This document shows, piece by piece, positions 52,026 to 64,000 of a stretch of DNA of 64,000 nucleotides; positions within the stretch are counted from its first letter, which is position 1; each line of letters begins with the position of its first letter. The DNA lies in contig NC_068983.1 of assembly GCF_001194135.2 (NCBI RefSeq), positions 152,548,422 to 152,612,421 on the forward strand, in the 5' to 3' direction. Made by a program: the position numbers and the translations under genes. The notes under the pieces were generated by a model. That model did not search any database, was not told the origin of the DNA, and saw nothing but the letters and a program-made list of their open reading frames with translations. The stretch comes from Octopus bimaculoides. Its lineage: Eukaryota.

Positions 52026-53595
52026 TACGAAGAGAAAAATTAGGGGTGGTTTCATAAGTGATAACGACAAACCTTTATTGATGATGGACTTAATTCTAGT
52101 CGCCACTTCAAACAAATTTTATGTTTTTTAATGTAGGTTTCACCTCTAGCAATTATTCGAAAATATTTTTTGTATAAACCTCGAAAAGAGAAACTTGAAT
52201 TCATTTTCAATCTCTCCTATTTATCTCTCCACCTGCCTCTTAGTTTACACACACAAAGACACACACACACACAACCACACACACACACATATACACACAC
52301 ACATATATATATACACACACACATATATATACACACACACACACACACACATATATTCTTACGTACACTTGAAGAACGTTTACTTTTATATCCAAATAAA
52401 TCGAAAAGAGAAGACCGAAGATTAAAACCTTTCAATAAAGACTTGTGTATAACCAAACAACTCCTGTGTTAATCACCACACGCTTTCACAAAACCAAGAC
52501 GAATTATTACCGCATCTTCACTGTAAAGGATAACAGTATATACACACAATTATTAACTCATACAAACACATGTACACAAATTCACATACACATTCATGCA
52601 CACGCTACCACAAACGAAGCAAGAAACACTTATAGAAGTATATTCAGTAAGCAAAACAATATGGACATGGTTTTGATCAAGAAATGTCTTAATGTACATT
52701 GTGGTAAATGAACTGTCTCTAATTATCTTTAAAAGGAAAAGTACAATAATGAGAAGAACAATGATGATGTTGCTGGTGGTGTATTGATGGTGATGATGGT
52801 AGTGGTAGTGTTTAAGATGGAGATGAAATTTTGAGGAAGATAGTAATAGTTATGATGACGATGATAATAATAATAATAATGATTATGATAATGATGGAGA
52901 TCACTTATTTGATGGCAACCCTATTAAGCAATTTTGTCATTAAACGACAATTATAAAAAGAAAACAATTAATAAACGGTAACCAATAAAAAAATAGAAAC
53001 ATGAAAGCAAAAAGAAAAAGATAAAACAATGAAAAATAATAAAAACAACTAAAGTTTAACATTAAAGGTGAAAGAACATCAAATTACTTATTCTCTTCAT
53101 TTTCTCCGATAGCAACATCAACAACAACAACACCCGCGAAGTAAATGTATTGTCTTTAAACTGTAAATGATATATTTTGGCTCTCATTATCTCTCCCTCT
53201 TTCTCCTTCATATACACAAATTTGATCTCTCTTTCACCCTCTCACATCCCGTTAGCTGATCAAGCAGATTATAGTTTTTGATGATTACTATAATAAGCGC
53301 ATCTTGCATTTATGTGTGTGTGTGTGTGTGTGTGTGCATGTGTGCAGAATGAGAGGAGAGGATGGAGAGAGAATGTGTTCCTGTGTGTGTGTGTGCATGT
53401 GTGTATGTGTGTCTTTGAGTGCATCTGAGTGTAAACTTCAACTATCAAATTTTAGCAGCCTCCAATCTCTTCATTAAATTAAAAGTGCAATATCGGCAAA
53501 ATTGCCAGAGAATAGTTAAGTATTGAACTTTTTTAAAAGTCACATACCAAATTATATGTTGTATGATGCATGAAATAAAATATTGTTCTTATCAT

Positions 53596-53924
53596 GCAGC
53601 CATGCTGGAGCACCGCCTTTAGTCGAGCAAATCGACCCCAGAATTTATAATTTGTAAGCCTAGTACTAATTCTATCGGTGTCTTTTGCCGAACCGCTAGT
53701 TTACGGGGACGCAAATACACCACCATCGGTTGTCAAGCGATANNNNNNNNNNNNNNNNNNNNNNNNNNNNNNNNNNNNNNNNNNNNNNNNNNNNNNNNNN
53801 NNNNNNNNNNNNNNNNNNNNNNNNNNNNNNNNNNNNNNNNNNNNNNNNNNNNNNNNNNNNNNNNNNNNNNNNNNNNNNNNNNNNNNNNNNNNNNNNNNNN
53901 NAAACTACTTACCACACAGCCACG
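53596..53924 (-). mobile_element. SINE family A spanning an N gap
   Basis: Tail at 53596-53741; head remnant ACTACTTACCACACAGCCAC after the gap. Confidence 0.85.
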
Positions 53925-54921
53925 TATGTGTGTGTACATGTCTGTATACTAAAATCACTAACCATATCATTACCTATATATTTAATATGTTGGCATCAAT
54001 TAAGGATACGCATACACACACATGTACACATTCATGTAATACTTTTTATTTCCTTATGGAGTGATATTAGCCTCAAAGTTAATGGAATGTATCTAGTTAG
54101 CGAATCTTTAACTCTTTCGTAGCCCAACCTTACCGCTTTTCAGCTTTGTAAAAGTAACCAAATCTATATGTATGATCACAGTATATGAACATATACGTAC
54201 AAGAATTATCTATACACACAGACATAAATGTTTATGTATATATGTAAGTGTAGTATGAAAATCGAAAGGAATGTGGGTCCGATTAACGAAAACGGACACG
54301 CAAATCCACTCATCAGCCATGGAGACTAGAATTGGCATAGTTTCGGCGCTTTTGCAGTTAACCTACTTTAATTCGTGGTACCCAGCATGTTTTAAGGCTA
54401 TAGCCCATGTATTAATGTTTTTCTACTTCATTCTGGCCGTCTTATTTTTATTGATGTCGATTCATTCGAGTGGAAATTCAAGGTGGTGCTCCAGCATGGT
54501 CACAGTCTAATGACCGAAACAAGTAACAAAAAAAAAAAGACAACATCCCTCATTTCTCTTTCTCTTTGCCTTTCTTTTGTTTTTTGACAGTCACTTATCT
54601 TTCTCCTCTCTCAGTCTTTGTTTCTATCCCTAACTTGCCCTTTTCATCTGCTCTCTTTCACAAGTTGACTTCTCCCCCCCCCTCTCTCTCTCTTTATCTG
54701 TCTCTCTCATCTTTCTCTTACACGCAGTTCTATGCGCGACCACTATTAATGCGGCCCAATCTGAAAATTGCTAACCCTCGTTCAATCTGTTTTATTGAAT
54801 ATTTCATTGAAGTTAGACGATCTTTCTTTCTTGTTTCTTCCTTATTCCTTTCGCCGTAATATTCCGGTAAGCGTTACTTTTTCCGTGCTTTTGCAAAAGG
54901 CTACCACTTTGCGTGGTATAT

Positions 54922-55078
54922 AGGTGCAGGCGTGGCTGTGTGTTAAGTAGCTTACTTTTCAGTCACGTGGTTCCGGGTTCCGGTCCATTACGTGACATCT
55001 TGGGCAGCTGTCTTCTAAATTCACGAGCTGTCCAGAGACTTGTGACTTCAATTGGTAGACAGAAGCTGTGGCCCATGG
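54922..55078 (+). mobile_element. SINE family A, 5' part
   Basis: GCAGGCGTGGCTGTGTGTTAAGTAGC...GGTTCCGGTCC...CATCTTGGGCAGCTGTCTTCTA. Confidence 0.8.
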
Positions 55079-56145
55079 TACATACACACAACACATTCAA
55101 TAACACACGCACACACAGACACACACACTCATACATATGTATACATATATATGTACATTCACTATTGTATTTAAACGATATATTTAGTTAGAATTCAAAA
55201 CACGGAGCACACGTCAGGTGTATTGTTTACTGTGCGCGATTATATTCATATATTTACACTGCGTTTGATGCCTAGATATCTGGGTAGAAGGAATCGTATG
55301 GCCAGCAGTCTTTATTTCAGTAATTTGCTTTCTTATCTTTCTATAAGCTGTAAATACTTTGCAAAAATATGGANNNNNNNNNNNNNNNNNNNNNNNNNNN
55401 NNNNNNNNNNNNNNNNNNNNNNNNNNNNNNNNNNNNNNNNNNNNNNNNNNNNNNNNNNNNNNNNNNNNNNNNNNNNNNNNNNNNNNNNNNNNNNNNNNNN
55501 NNNNNNNNNNNNNNNNNNNNNNNNNNNNNNNNNNNNNNNNNNNNNNNNNNNNNNNNNNNNNNNNNNNNNNNNNNNNNNNNNNNATATATATATATATATA
55601 AATTCAAGTAAAGGTTATGAACCTCAGTAAAGGATAATAAATCCAATGAAAATACTGGTTAGTTACCAATCAATAGAAAGTTCAGCTATAAGGTAACCAT
55701 ATAAACCGTGGTTCATATATTTATATATTTAAAGAATAAGGAGAAAATGTAGAGGTAATTAATAAAATATTATTTATTAATTATTAAATATGACAGCATC
55801 TCTGGCAGCTGCTCGATTCAGTAATCTTTAGGCAATTAATTTATAAAATTAAAATCATTATAAGATGAATCTCTTCAGAGGTAGTAAAGATATATCGATT
55901 AGAAATACATGTTGAGATAACGGCTATAAACCGTTATATACAAAAAGATCCGGTTATAGAAGGCTTCATTCCAGCATAAGGGAAGAAGGTAGTGTATATT
56001 TTATGTCTTAAAAAAAGAAAAGATTAATATAATATCATAGGGTACTGAGGAAGAGAAAAATAAAAAAATAAAAGAGGGAGAAGAAAAACGCATGTATATT
56101 TGAATATATAATAATACCATATAACATCATATTTATCTATGTTGT

Positions 56146-56637
56146 TGTGACCCCTTCGGTCGTGAATGATCATGGGATTGTACCTAGAAAGTTACCCTCC
56201 GAGGCACAAGTCTGGGCAAGGTTGTTTATGGAAGACCAGCAGTCGCCTATGCATACCAGCCTCCACTCTCTGCGCCACCGATGTTATCCAAGGGAAAGGC
56301 AAAGGCTGATACAGCTTGGCACCAGTGACGTCGCAGCTCATTTATTAACGTGCAAGTGACACGTGTACTCTTAATGTAGTTCTCGGGGAGATTCAGCGTG
56401 ACAGAGTGTGACAAGGCTGGCCTTTTGAAATACAGGTACAACAGAAACAGGAAGAAAGAGTGAGAGAATTTGTGGTGAAAGAGTACAGCAGGGTTCACCA
56501 CCATCCCCTGCCCGAACCTCGTGGAGCTTTAGGTGTTTTTGCTCAATAAACACTCACAATGCCCGGTCTAGGAATCAAAACCGCGATCCTACGACCGCGA
56601 GTCCGCTACTCTGACCACTGGGCCATTGTACCTCCAC
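56146..56637 (-). mobile_element. Chimeric SINE: family B head and body (56343-56637) fused to a different 3' module (56146-56342)
   Basis: Family B sequence stops at CACTTGCACGTTAAT and continues as AAATGAGCTGCGACGTCACTGGTGCCAAG...GACCGAAGGGGTCACAACAAC instead of the family B tail. Confidence 0.8.
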
Positions 56638-56664
56638 ATACTTATAGATAACGCAAATTTAAAA

Positions 56665-56885
56665 CTAATACCGATTGTCAAGCAGTAGTGGGGCACACAC
56701 ACACACACGCACACACACACACACACACACAGAGAGTTGTATACAACGGGCTTCTTTGAACTTTCATCCATCAAAACCACTTAGAAGTCTTTGGTCACCC
56801 CGTAGAGATACATGCTGAGAGTTCCACGCAGTGGTACTGAATCCAAAACCGTGTTGTTGGGTAGCAAACGTTTTAACCCACGACT
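56665..56885 (-). mobile_element. Degenerate SINE family A
   Basis: CCGATTGTCAAGC, microsatellite, ACGGGCTTCTTT and CCACGCAGTGGTACTGAA modules. Confidence 0.65.
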
Positions 56886-57026
56886 AGTTTACGAATACTG
56901 AATATCATGAACTGTTATTGGCTTTGAAGTAGTTTCACGAAACTTTTTGCATCTCATTAGATACAAGTTTGTTTCTTTAAGGATGCGCGTCGTCAAGTCA
57001 GACAAAAAGTGCAAGTTTTATTTGGC

Positions 57027-57027
57027 A

Positions 57028-57062
<35 letters not shown>

Positions 57063-57180
57063 CGATGATGATGATGATGATGATGATGACGATGATGATG
57101 ATGACGATGTTGATGATGACGATGATGATGATGATAATGATGACGATGATAATGATGATGACGACGACAATGATGTTGCT
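57027..57180 (+). repeat. (GAT/GAC)n microsatellite
   Basis: Read directly. Confidence 0.95.
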
Positions 57181-58142
57181 GTTTATGACGCTATGATGAT
57201 GATTAGTATCTGATGAGTAGAGGAGATTTGATTGTTCGGATGTTAAGAACTGTTGGACTCATAATTAATTTTCGATTTTGTACATCTTTTTTTTTTTTCT
57301 ATCTCATTAATATGCTGTCTTTGTTGCTGTTGAAACACGGGAAACTTCAGAAGCATCAGCCAGCCAGGAAGTTATCACGTGTTACAACTTCCGAAACATC
57401 AAAAGCGAATATCGCATTCTAAGTTCCAAGCGCTATTTAGGAAACCGATGAAGCCGCCCCAATAACGCGTCCCCAAAAGAATCACACTATGTTCTAACGA
57501 CAACGAAAAATAAAGGTAAAACAAGTAAGGAGATAATAGCAGGAAGTAGTCGTACACGAGAGATGGAAAAGAGCACCAAAAATTAAAAGTCCTCGTAAGA
57601 AAATGTGAGTAAATAATGTGCTCCCTTTATACTTCATTGAAGTTCACAATCATCCATAGAACAAACGTTCAAAACAGATCAAAATTTAAAAGACCTATTG
57701 AACAATTTTCAGTTTGGCCAGGAGATGAAATAAAGGAGATGAAATAAAGGAGATGAAATAAAGGTGGAGATGGGTGTATTATTCATCAGGAAATTTGTTG
57801 AAAGGTAACTAACTGTAAATAGCGAAACTGGTACCAGAAAGTGGGTTAGTTCTTCAATTCTGCCAGGAGATTTCAGGTGAAAAAGGACACCTGCCAAGTG
57901 TGTGAGGTATTTTGAGGATCTGTGTGTGCCGGATCCTCCATAGACGGAAGTGCGTACATGTTTAATAGTGTTGTTCTTTGTGTTTTCTAGCTATAGATTA
58001 CTGGTTCTTCAATATTGCTTTTCTACCATTTAGTTTGTATATATGGGAGAATTTACGAAAAAAAAAAAATCAACAACAGACGACGACAGGTGGTGTAGAC
58101 AACAAAAGGATGTATTAGTTTAACGCTCGGGAATACAGAAAG

Positions 58143-58179
58143 TCTTTAACGTTTCGGGCTACGCTCTTTAACAGAAAGA
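58143..58179 (-). ncRNA. Minimal type I hammerhead-like relic (PLE style)
   Basis: Minus strand: UCUUU-CUGUUAA-A-GAGC(GUA)GCCC-GAAA-CG-UU-AAAGA. Stem I 5/5 bp, stem II 3/4 bp, loopless palindromic ACGU stem III, two core mismatches. Confidence 0.5.
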
Positions 58180-59421
58180 ATACGGAGAAAACAAGGAGAA
58201 AAACACGGAGAAAAAAANNNNNNNNNNNNNNNNNNNNNNNNNNNNNNNNNNNNNNNNNNNNNNNNNNNNNNNNNNNNNNNNNNNNNNNNNNNNNNNNNNN
58301 NNNNNNNNNNNNNNNNNNNNNNNNNNNNNNNNNNNNNNNNNNNNNNNNNNNNNNNNNNNNNNNNNNNNNNNNNNNNNNNNNNNNNNNNNNNNNNNNNNNN
58401 NNNNNNNNNNNNNNNNNNNNNNNNNNNNNNNNNNNNNNNNNNNNNNNNNNNNNNNNNNNNNNNNNNNNNNNNNNNNNNNNNNNNNNNNNNNNNNNNNNNN
58501 NNNNNNNATATAATATAATACAACTTATTTTGTTGCCACATTTGTATGAAATCGTTTGAGTTTTATGTAGTAGGCTTCTCTGGGCAAGAAGAACGACATT
58601 ATTTCCAATTATATTGAAACGTCAGGGAAATTTTCTTCATGATACACACGCATACACAATTATACACACGCACACAGATATATTTCTGTAAATGCACAGG
58701 TATGCATAGATATATGCGTATTAGGCATTTCTTAAGTTGTTCACTAACCTTTATATTCTAGAGAACGGCTTTTGTGAAATATATTCCTTATTCAAATATT
58801 CATTATTCTAGTTTTAGAGCATTCTTTACTAAGTTGTTTGTCATTTGGTCGTGATATATAAATTTTTTTTTTTTTAATCTTGGGAAGATACACGCAAACG
58901 TACTCACCCACACTCCTACATATACTTGAATGTATATACCTATGTGTTTATTGTGTGTGTGTGTATGCGCGCGCGTGCATATAATACATTTCATTAGACA
59001 ACGGTTACATGAAAATATATAACAATATGCCAATATCTGTTGTTTAGTACGATATCTTGTTATTTGTGCATCTGCTTGTCAGGAAATGCAATTTCGTTGA
59101 AAATGTCTATATTTATTTGATGAATTATTGGTACATGAAATTCATTTCGAAGAATTTTAAATTCATAATTTTACATTCGAATTTGCATTTTCACTAAATG
59201 CCTTTCAGGTAACAAATGCATTTTTTTTTGCGGCATTCGCGTACACACAAAACACGAAATGCAGACACACCAGCCAAAACGGAAACGCATAGTGACCCAT
59301 AAACATACATATATATTATCCTTATACACATTTTTCATTGGTTTCCAACTGAAATTTTTGTTCTATCGCATAATACGGATTTAAGTGTTTTGTTATTCAT
59401 GTAACTAGAGCAATTTCAAAT

Positions 59422-59492
<71 letters not shown>

Positions 59493-60013
59493 CACGTGTT
59501 TATGTGCATTCATGCGTACCCTTTCTTAGTTGGACATTCATCTAACGATGCTTGTTCTCTCTCCTGCCAACTGTATTGCTGACACCCCTCAGTCATGTGC
59601 TCTGCTAGTCTGCTAGTTGCTGAAAAGAGTAGATCTGCGCCTTGGGGGATTTCATTGTCTTAAGACATCTAACACGTGAATTAGATGTTAGGAATCTTGG
59701 CCTGCGCTACGGAGTTTTCTTTGAATCTCCCATTACATGACCAAATATCATTCCAGTCCCTTCGTTTTACTTATCACATTAATGGAGTGTTAAATGAAAG
59801 ACTTTACTCATGCAGATATTTCTAATCGCGTTTCATAGCATGAGATTTATGTTTCTATTAAGTAAGCAGTTATGCAAAATATCGAAGGTGATGTCGATGA
59901 ATAGAAACAAATAGAAAAGACAGTGTATTGATATAGATACGTTCACAGTTTGTGTCTGTCTCTCATTCCACACATACATACAAACACACACACGCACACA
60001 TACATACACACAT

Positions 60014-60054
<41 letters not shown>

Positions 60055-61326
60055 TTGGAAGGCATAAAGAGAAAGAGAAAGAGAGAGATTGGAAGGCATA
60101 AAGAGAAAGAGAAAGAGATGAAAAACACAGGAATAGAACGTAAAAAGATTATGCGTTAAACAGAAGTAAAACACGTGCTGGTAAAAACAAAGAAATGAGA
60201 CGAAACAGTAATAAGCCAAATGTAAGATTATGAATAAATGTAACGTTTCGGGATGTTTTCTTTATCAAAGAGTCAAAGAGAAATACATTAGAAAAGGAAA
60301 TAACATGGGAGGGGGAAAGAGAGAGAGAGAGAAATAGAGAGCAGTGTACCTATACAAATATTCATACACATACATACANNNNNNNNNNNNNNNNNNNNNN
60401 NNNNNNNNNNNNNNNNNNNNNNNNNNNNNNNNNNNNNNNNNNNNNNNNNNNNNNNNNNNNNNNNNNNNNNNNNNNNNNNNNNNNNNNNNNNNNNNNNNNN
60501 NNNNNNNNNNNNNNNNNNNNNNNNNNNNNNNNNNNNNNNNNNNNNNNNNNNNNNNNNNNNNNNNNNNNNNNNNNNNNNNNNNNNNNNNNNNNNNNNNNNN
60601 NNNNNNNNNNNNATATATATATATATATATATACATATACACACACATATATACCAAGGTAAAGTCAAAGATAAGCATAACCATGTATCAAAAGATGTGT
60701 ACATACAGATACTTTAGTAGGTGCGTGAATGTGCGGAGACATTGCAGATACAGCGGTATGGTGTCCTTGAGTCTACCTTGCTGTCTGCGTTATTAAGACA
60801 CCTCAATTCTATTGGTTCTTGGAAATGATTATATGTATATATATATAAATAAGCTCTTACTTTTTATTATTAGCATTATTGTTATTATTATTATACACAC
60901 ACACACACACACACATATACATATGAAATATATACGTATATTTATATATATTCTCTTATTCTTTATTCTGTTATACGTTTCAGCCTTATATTTGCCTGAA
61001 TGCATACGTATTAGAGTCTGTGTGAAGACAAAAAAAGAAAATAAGTTCCTCTATACTTTGGTACCATAATGGTAAGAAATTAAGAGAGATGTCTCCTCGT
61101 GCGTAGTTACTATTGGGTAGGGATACGTGAAATTTAGCAAGTAGAATTATATATCATACTTAAATATAATGGCTGAAACATGTTATAAAAAGAATGTAGG
61201 AAAGCTGACATGTGAAGCTAATATTATATATCAGTTATTTCAAATTATGTGGAATGTGTATTTAGAGACACGGATACACACATACATACGTCTACTAATT
61301 CTTCCACTCTCTACATCACATGCATA

Positions 61327-61369
<43 letters not shown>

Positions 61370-61834
61370 GTATACATATATACATATACAATATATCNNN
61401 NNNNNNNNNNNNNNNNNNNNNNNNNNNNNNNNNNNNNNNNNNNNNNNNNNNNNNNNNNNNNNNNNNNNNNNNNNNNNNNNNNNNNNNNNNNNNNNNNNNN
61501 NNNNNNNNNNNNNNNNNNNNNNNNNNNNNNNNNNNNNNNNNNNNNNNNNNNNNNNNNNNNNNNNNNNNNNNNNNNNNNNNNNNNNNNNNNNNNNNNNNNN
61601 NNNNNNNNNNNNNNNNNNNNNNNNNNNNNNNNNNNNNNNNNNNNNNNNNNNNNNNNNNNNNNNNNNNNNNNNNNNNNNNNNNNNNNNNNNNNNNNNNNNN
61701 NNNNNNNNNNNNNNNNNNNNNNNNNNNNNNNNNNNNNNNNNNNNNNNNNNNNNNNNNNNNNNNNNNNNNNNNNNNNNNNNNNNNNNNNNNNNNNNNNNNN
61801 NNNNNNNNNNNNNNNNNNNNNNNNNNNNNNNNNN

Positions 61835-61876
<42 letters not shown>

Positions 61877-61982
61877 ACATATATACATATACAATATATC
61901 AGGTATATCATATATCATTCGTGTACATATAGGTATATATGTATATGCATATATATTAATATATACATATATCCGTGTGTGC

Positions 61983-62077
<95 letters not shown>

Positions 62078-63059
62078 GCAGCCCACTTGAGTTTATCACC
62101 GATAGATTATTCAAATTTCGATGTATGCACTAATATTGAGTTACAATAACACTTAGAGCGGTAACGGATAAAAATATTAACGTAATCTGGATAGCATTAT
62201 GGTAAAAGTGATAAAAACGTAGGTATTTTTCCCTATTACAAAATTGTACTTAGCAAAATGGGGTTATTAACCATATCCATTTATATTCTCTCATCTCACT
62301 CTTTGAGTCAATTTTTCTTATTCTCTCTCTCTCTCTCTCTCTTTCTCTCTGTGTATACACACACATGCACGCACACATTTATATACATGTATACATTTAC
62401 AAATATGTACTTTTATATATGTGTGCACACACATATATGCGCGAATAAATATATACTCATATGTATATATATATATGCATATATANNNNNNNNNNGTATG
62501 CGTGTGCCTATCGCTTATTTTTAGAGGGCATAAATAGGATGGTTTGAAATTGTAGTATTTCTTTGTGCGCTTATATATTTTGGGGAAGATAAGAATATTT
62601 TGTGCTTTGCCGTATTTTTTTAACATACAGAAATGAGGATATACGAAAAAAAAAATCAAGATGATAATAGCATATGGATATGCCAGGGGAATATTTATAA
62701 CAGAATAATATAATAATTGCTTAGATACACGTGCACGCAAAAAAACAATTACAACCATATGCTACCAGTTGATACTGTACTATAAATCTACCTGCTGGAA
62801 ATAGCTGATAAATTCCCCTCAATCTACACATTATCTTGAAAAAGAAGCAAGGCCTTCTTTCGATAAAATACTTTTGTATTTAGAAAAATGGAGGACCCCA
62901 CCTCCACAAAAAAAAAAATAATAAATAAAAAAAAGAAGATATCGCAAAGAGCGGAAGTGGCTCGGTTTGCATATGTGATAGCCAGATTTAAACGTAGATA
63001 TACAGTGCCTTTTTAACGGAAAGATATGTGTGAAAATATAGTTTTTATTATAGACAGTA

Positions 63060-63350
63060 ATAAGATTATCGTATCAAGAAGATCTTTGGTTATATTTCTG
63101 TTGTGCGAAGTCAGGTATTGTGTTATAGAACTTCGACAAATAATACTCTTAAAAGGAACATATCTAGCCTTGGTAATCGCACTGTGGAGTGGGCAGATTA
63201 TTTTTCAAGTGCTTTTGTCAATCTTGCCGAGCTTCGAAGAATTTTTTATAGATGATTATGTTGCGAGTTGCGATTTATTGTAAACTGAGCTGCGATTCTG
63301 ATTAGTGCTCTTTATACTTCATACATCCATGGTTGCTCCAAACTGCCGGA
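63060..63350 (+). mobile_element. Possible ancient LINE relic (region preceding the RT domain)
   Basis: KKIFGYISVVRS...VEWADYFSSAF (cf. KxFWxYIK...LNxYFSSVF) and CELRFIVN (cf. PLxxIFN). Weak similarity only. Confidence 0.25.
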
Positions 63351-64000
63351 GTAAATACTTTGGTGGGAAAGTCTTTAAAAAAATATTCAGTAAAATGACG
63401 GATCATTTGAGACCTTCAGTTTCGGAAGGTGTACTGAGTAGAAAATAAGACAGGAAGGAAATAAAGAAGAGAGAAAGAGAGAGATAAGGAAGGGGAATAG
63501 AGTTACATTATAAACTGGTCTGATAGTAGAACCCTCCCCCAACCTATAATAGTGTTATCACTAAGACCAAAGGAATCTTTATAACCATTTCTAAGTATAT
63601 TGGTTACCCCTTCCCTTTCCTTATAAGAAAAAGGCCGGTGCCCTCTTGAGCCTTAAATCACTAGACAAAAAACAAATAAAATCAGTGATAGTTAAAATTC
63701 TGCTTAGAATTAATTTCTAGCCTGTTTGCTTTGGCTAAGTCACAATGGTTTTTTTATATTCTTCCTTCCCACTTCTATTGTTTAAATGTAGTTACAACAG
63801 CAATATGTCCTTCTACTGAAAGAAAATTTCAGTAAATTTTCTCTATCTTTGTGCAGCTGAAGATTGCTCTGCATTTTACATTTAATGTAATGCNNNNNNN
63901 NNNTATATACATACATACATATACAAGTATGTATATGTGCGTGTGCGTGTGTATATGTGTGTGTCTTGGAAGGCGAGTGTGAATATGAGTGTACTTAAGT

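Noticed and set aside
61320-61905. Identical TATAC-rich sequence on both sides of a gap
   Set aside because: Most likely an unmerged contig overlap in low-complexity DNA.
6956-62149. Long ORF-track entries rich in X, YI, HT, CV, D or I
   Set aside because: They are translations of N gaps and microsatellites, not genes.
63026-63283. Hydrophobic 85-aa ORF resembling a GPCR transmembrane segment
   Set aside because: No GPCR motifs; AT-rich codon bias explains the hydrophobicity, and another frame looks more like a LINE relic.

Overview
AT-rich, repeat-dense eukaryotic non-coding DNA with about 7 kb of N gaps, most next to (AT)n/(GT)n microsatellites. The SINE families resemble those I recall from octopus (coleoid cephalopod) genomes; this assignment is inference. 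I cannot support any intact host protein-coding gene, and nearly all ORF-track entries are microsatellite, gap or antisense artefacts. Supported content: many copies of three tRNA-headed SINE families plus a module of a fourth (several with clear target-site duplications); three decayed mariner elements (one full-length with TIRs); a DD37D/maT-type transposase fragment; a 1.7 kb R4/Dong-type RT fragment; a CR1/L2-type LINE 3' end; and several Penelope-like (PLE) terminal-repeat relics. The most interesting signals are dispersed hammerhead-ribozyme-like motifs in the PLE-like repeats (best at 38481-38524) and near-perfect short inverted duplications flanking 0.5-2.4 kb segments, which may be micro-inversion scars.
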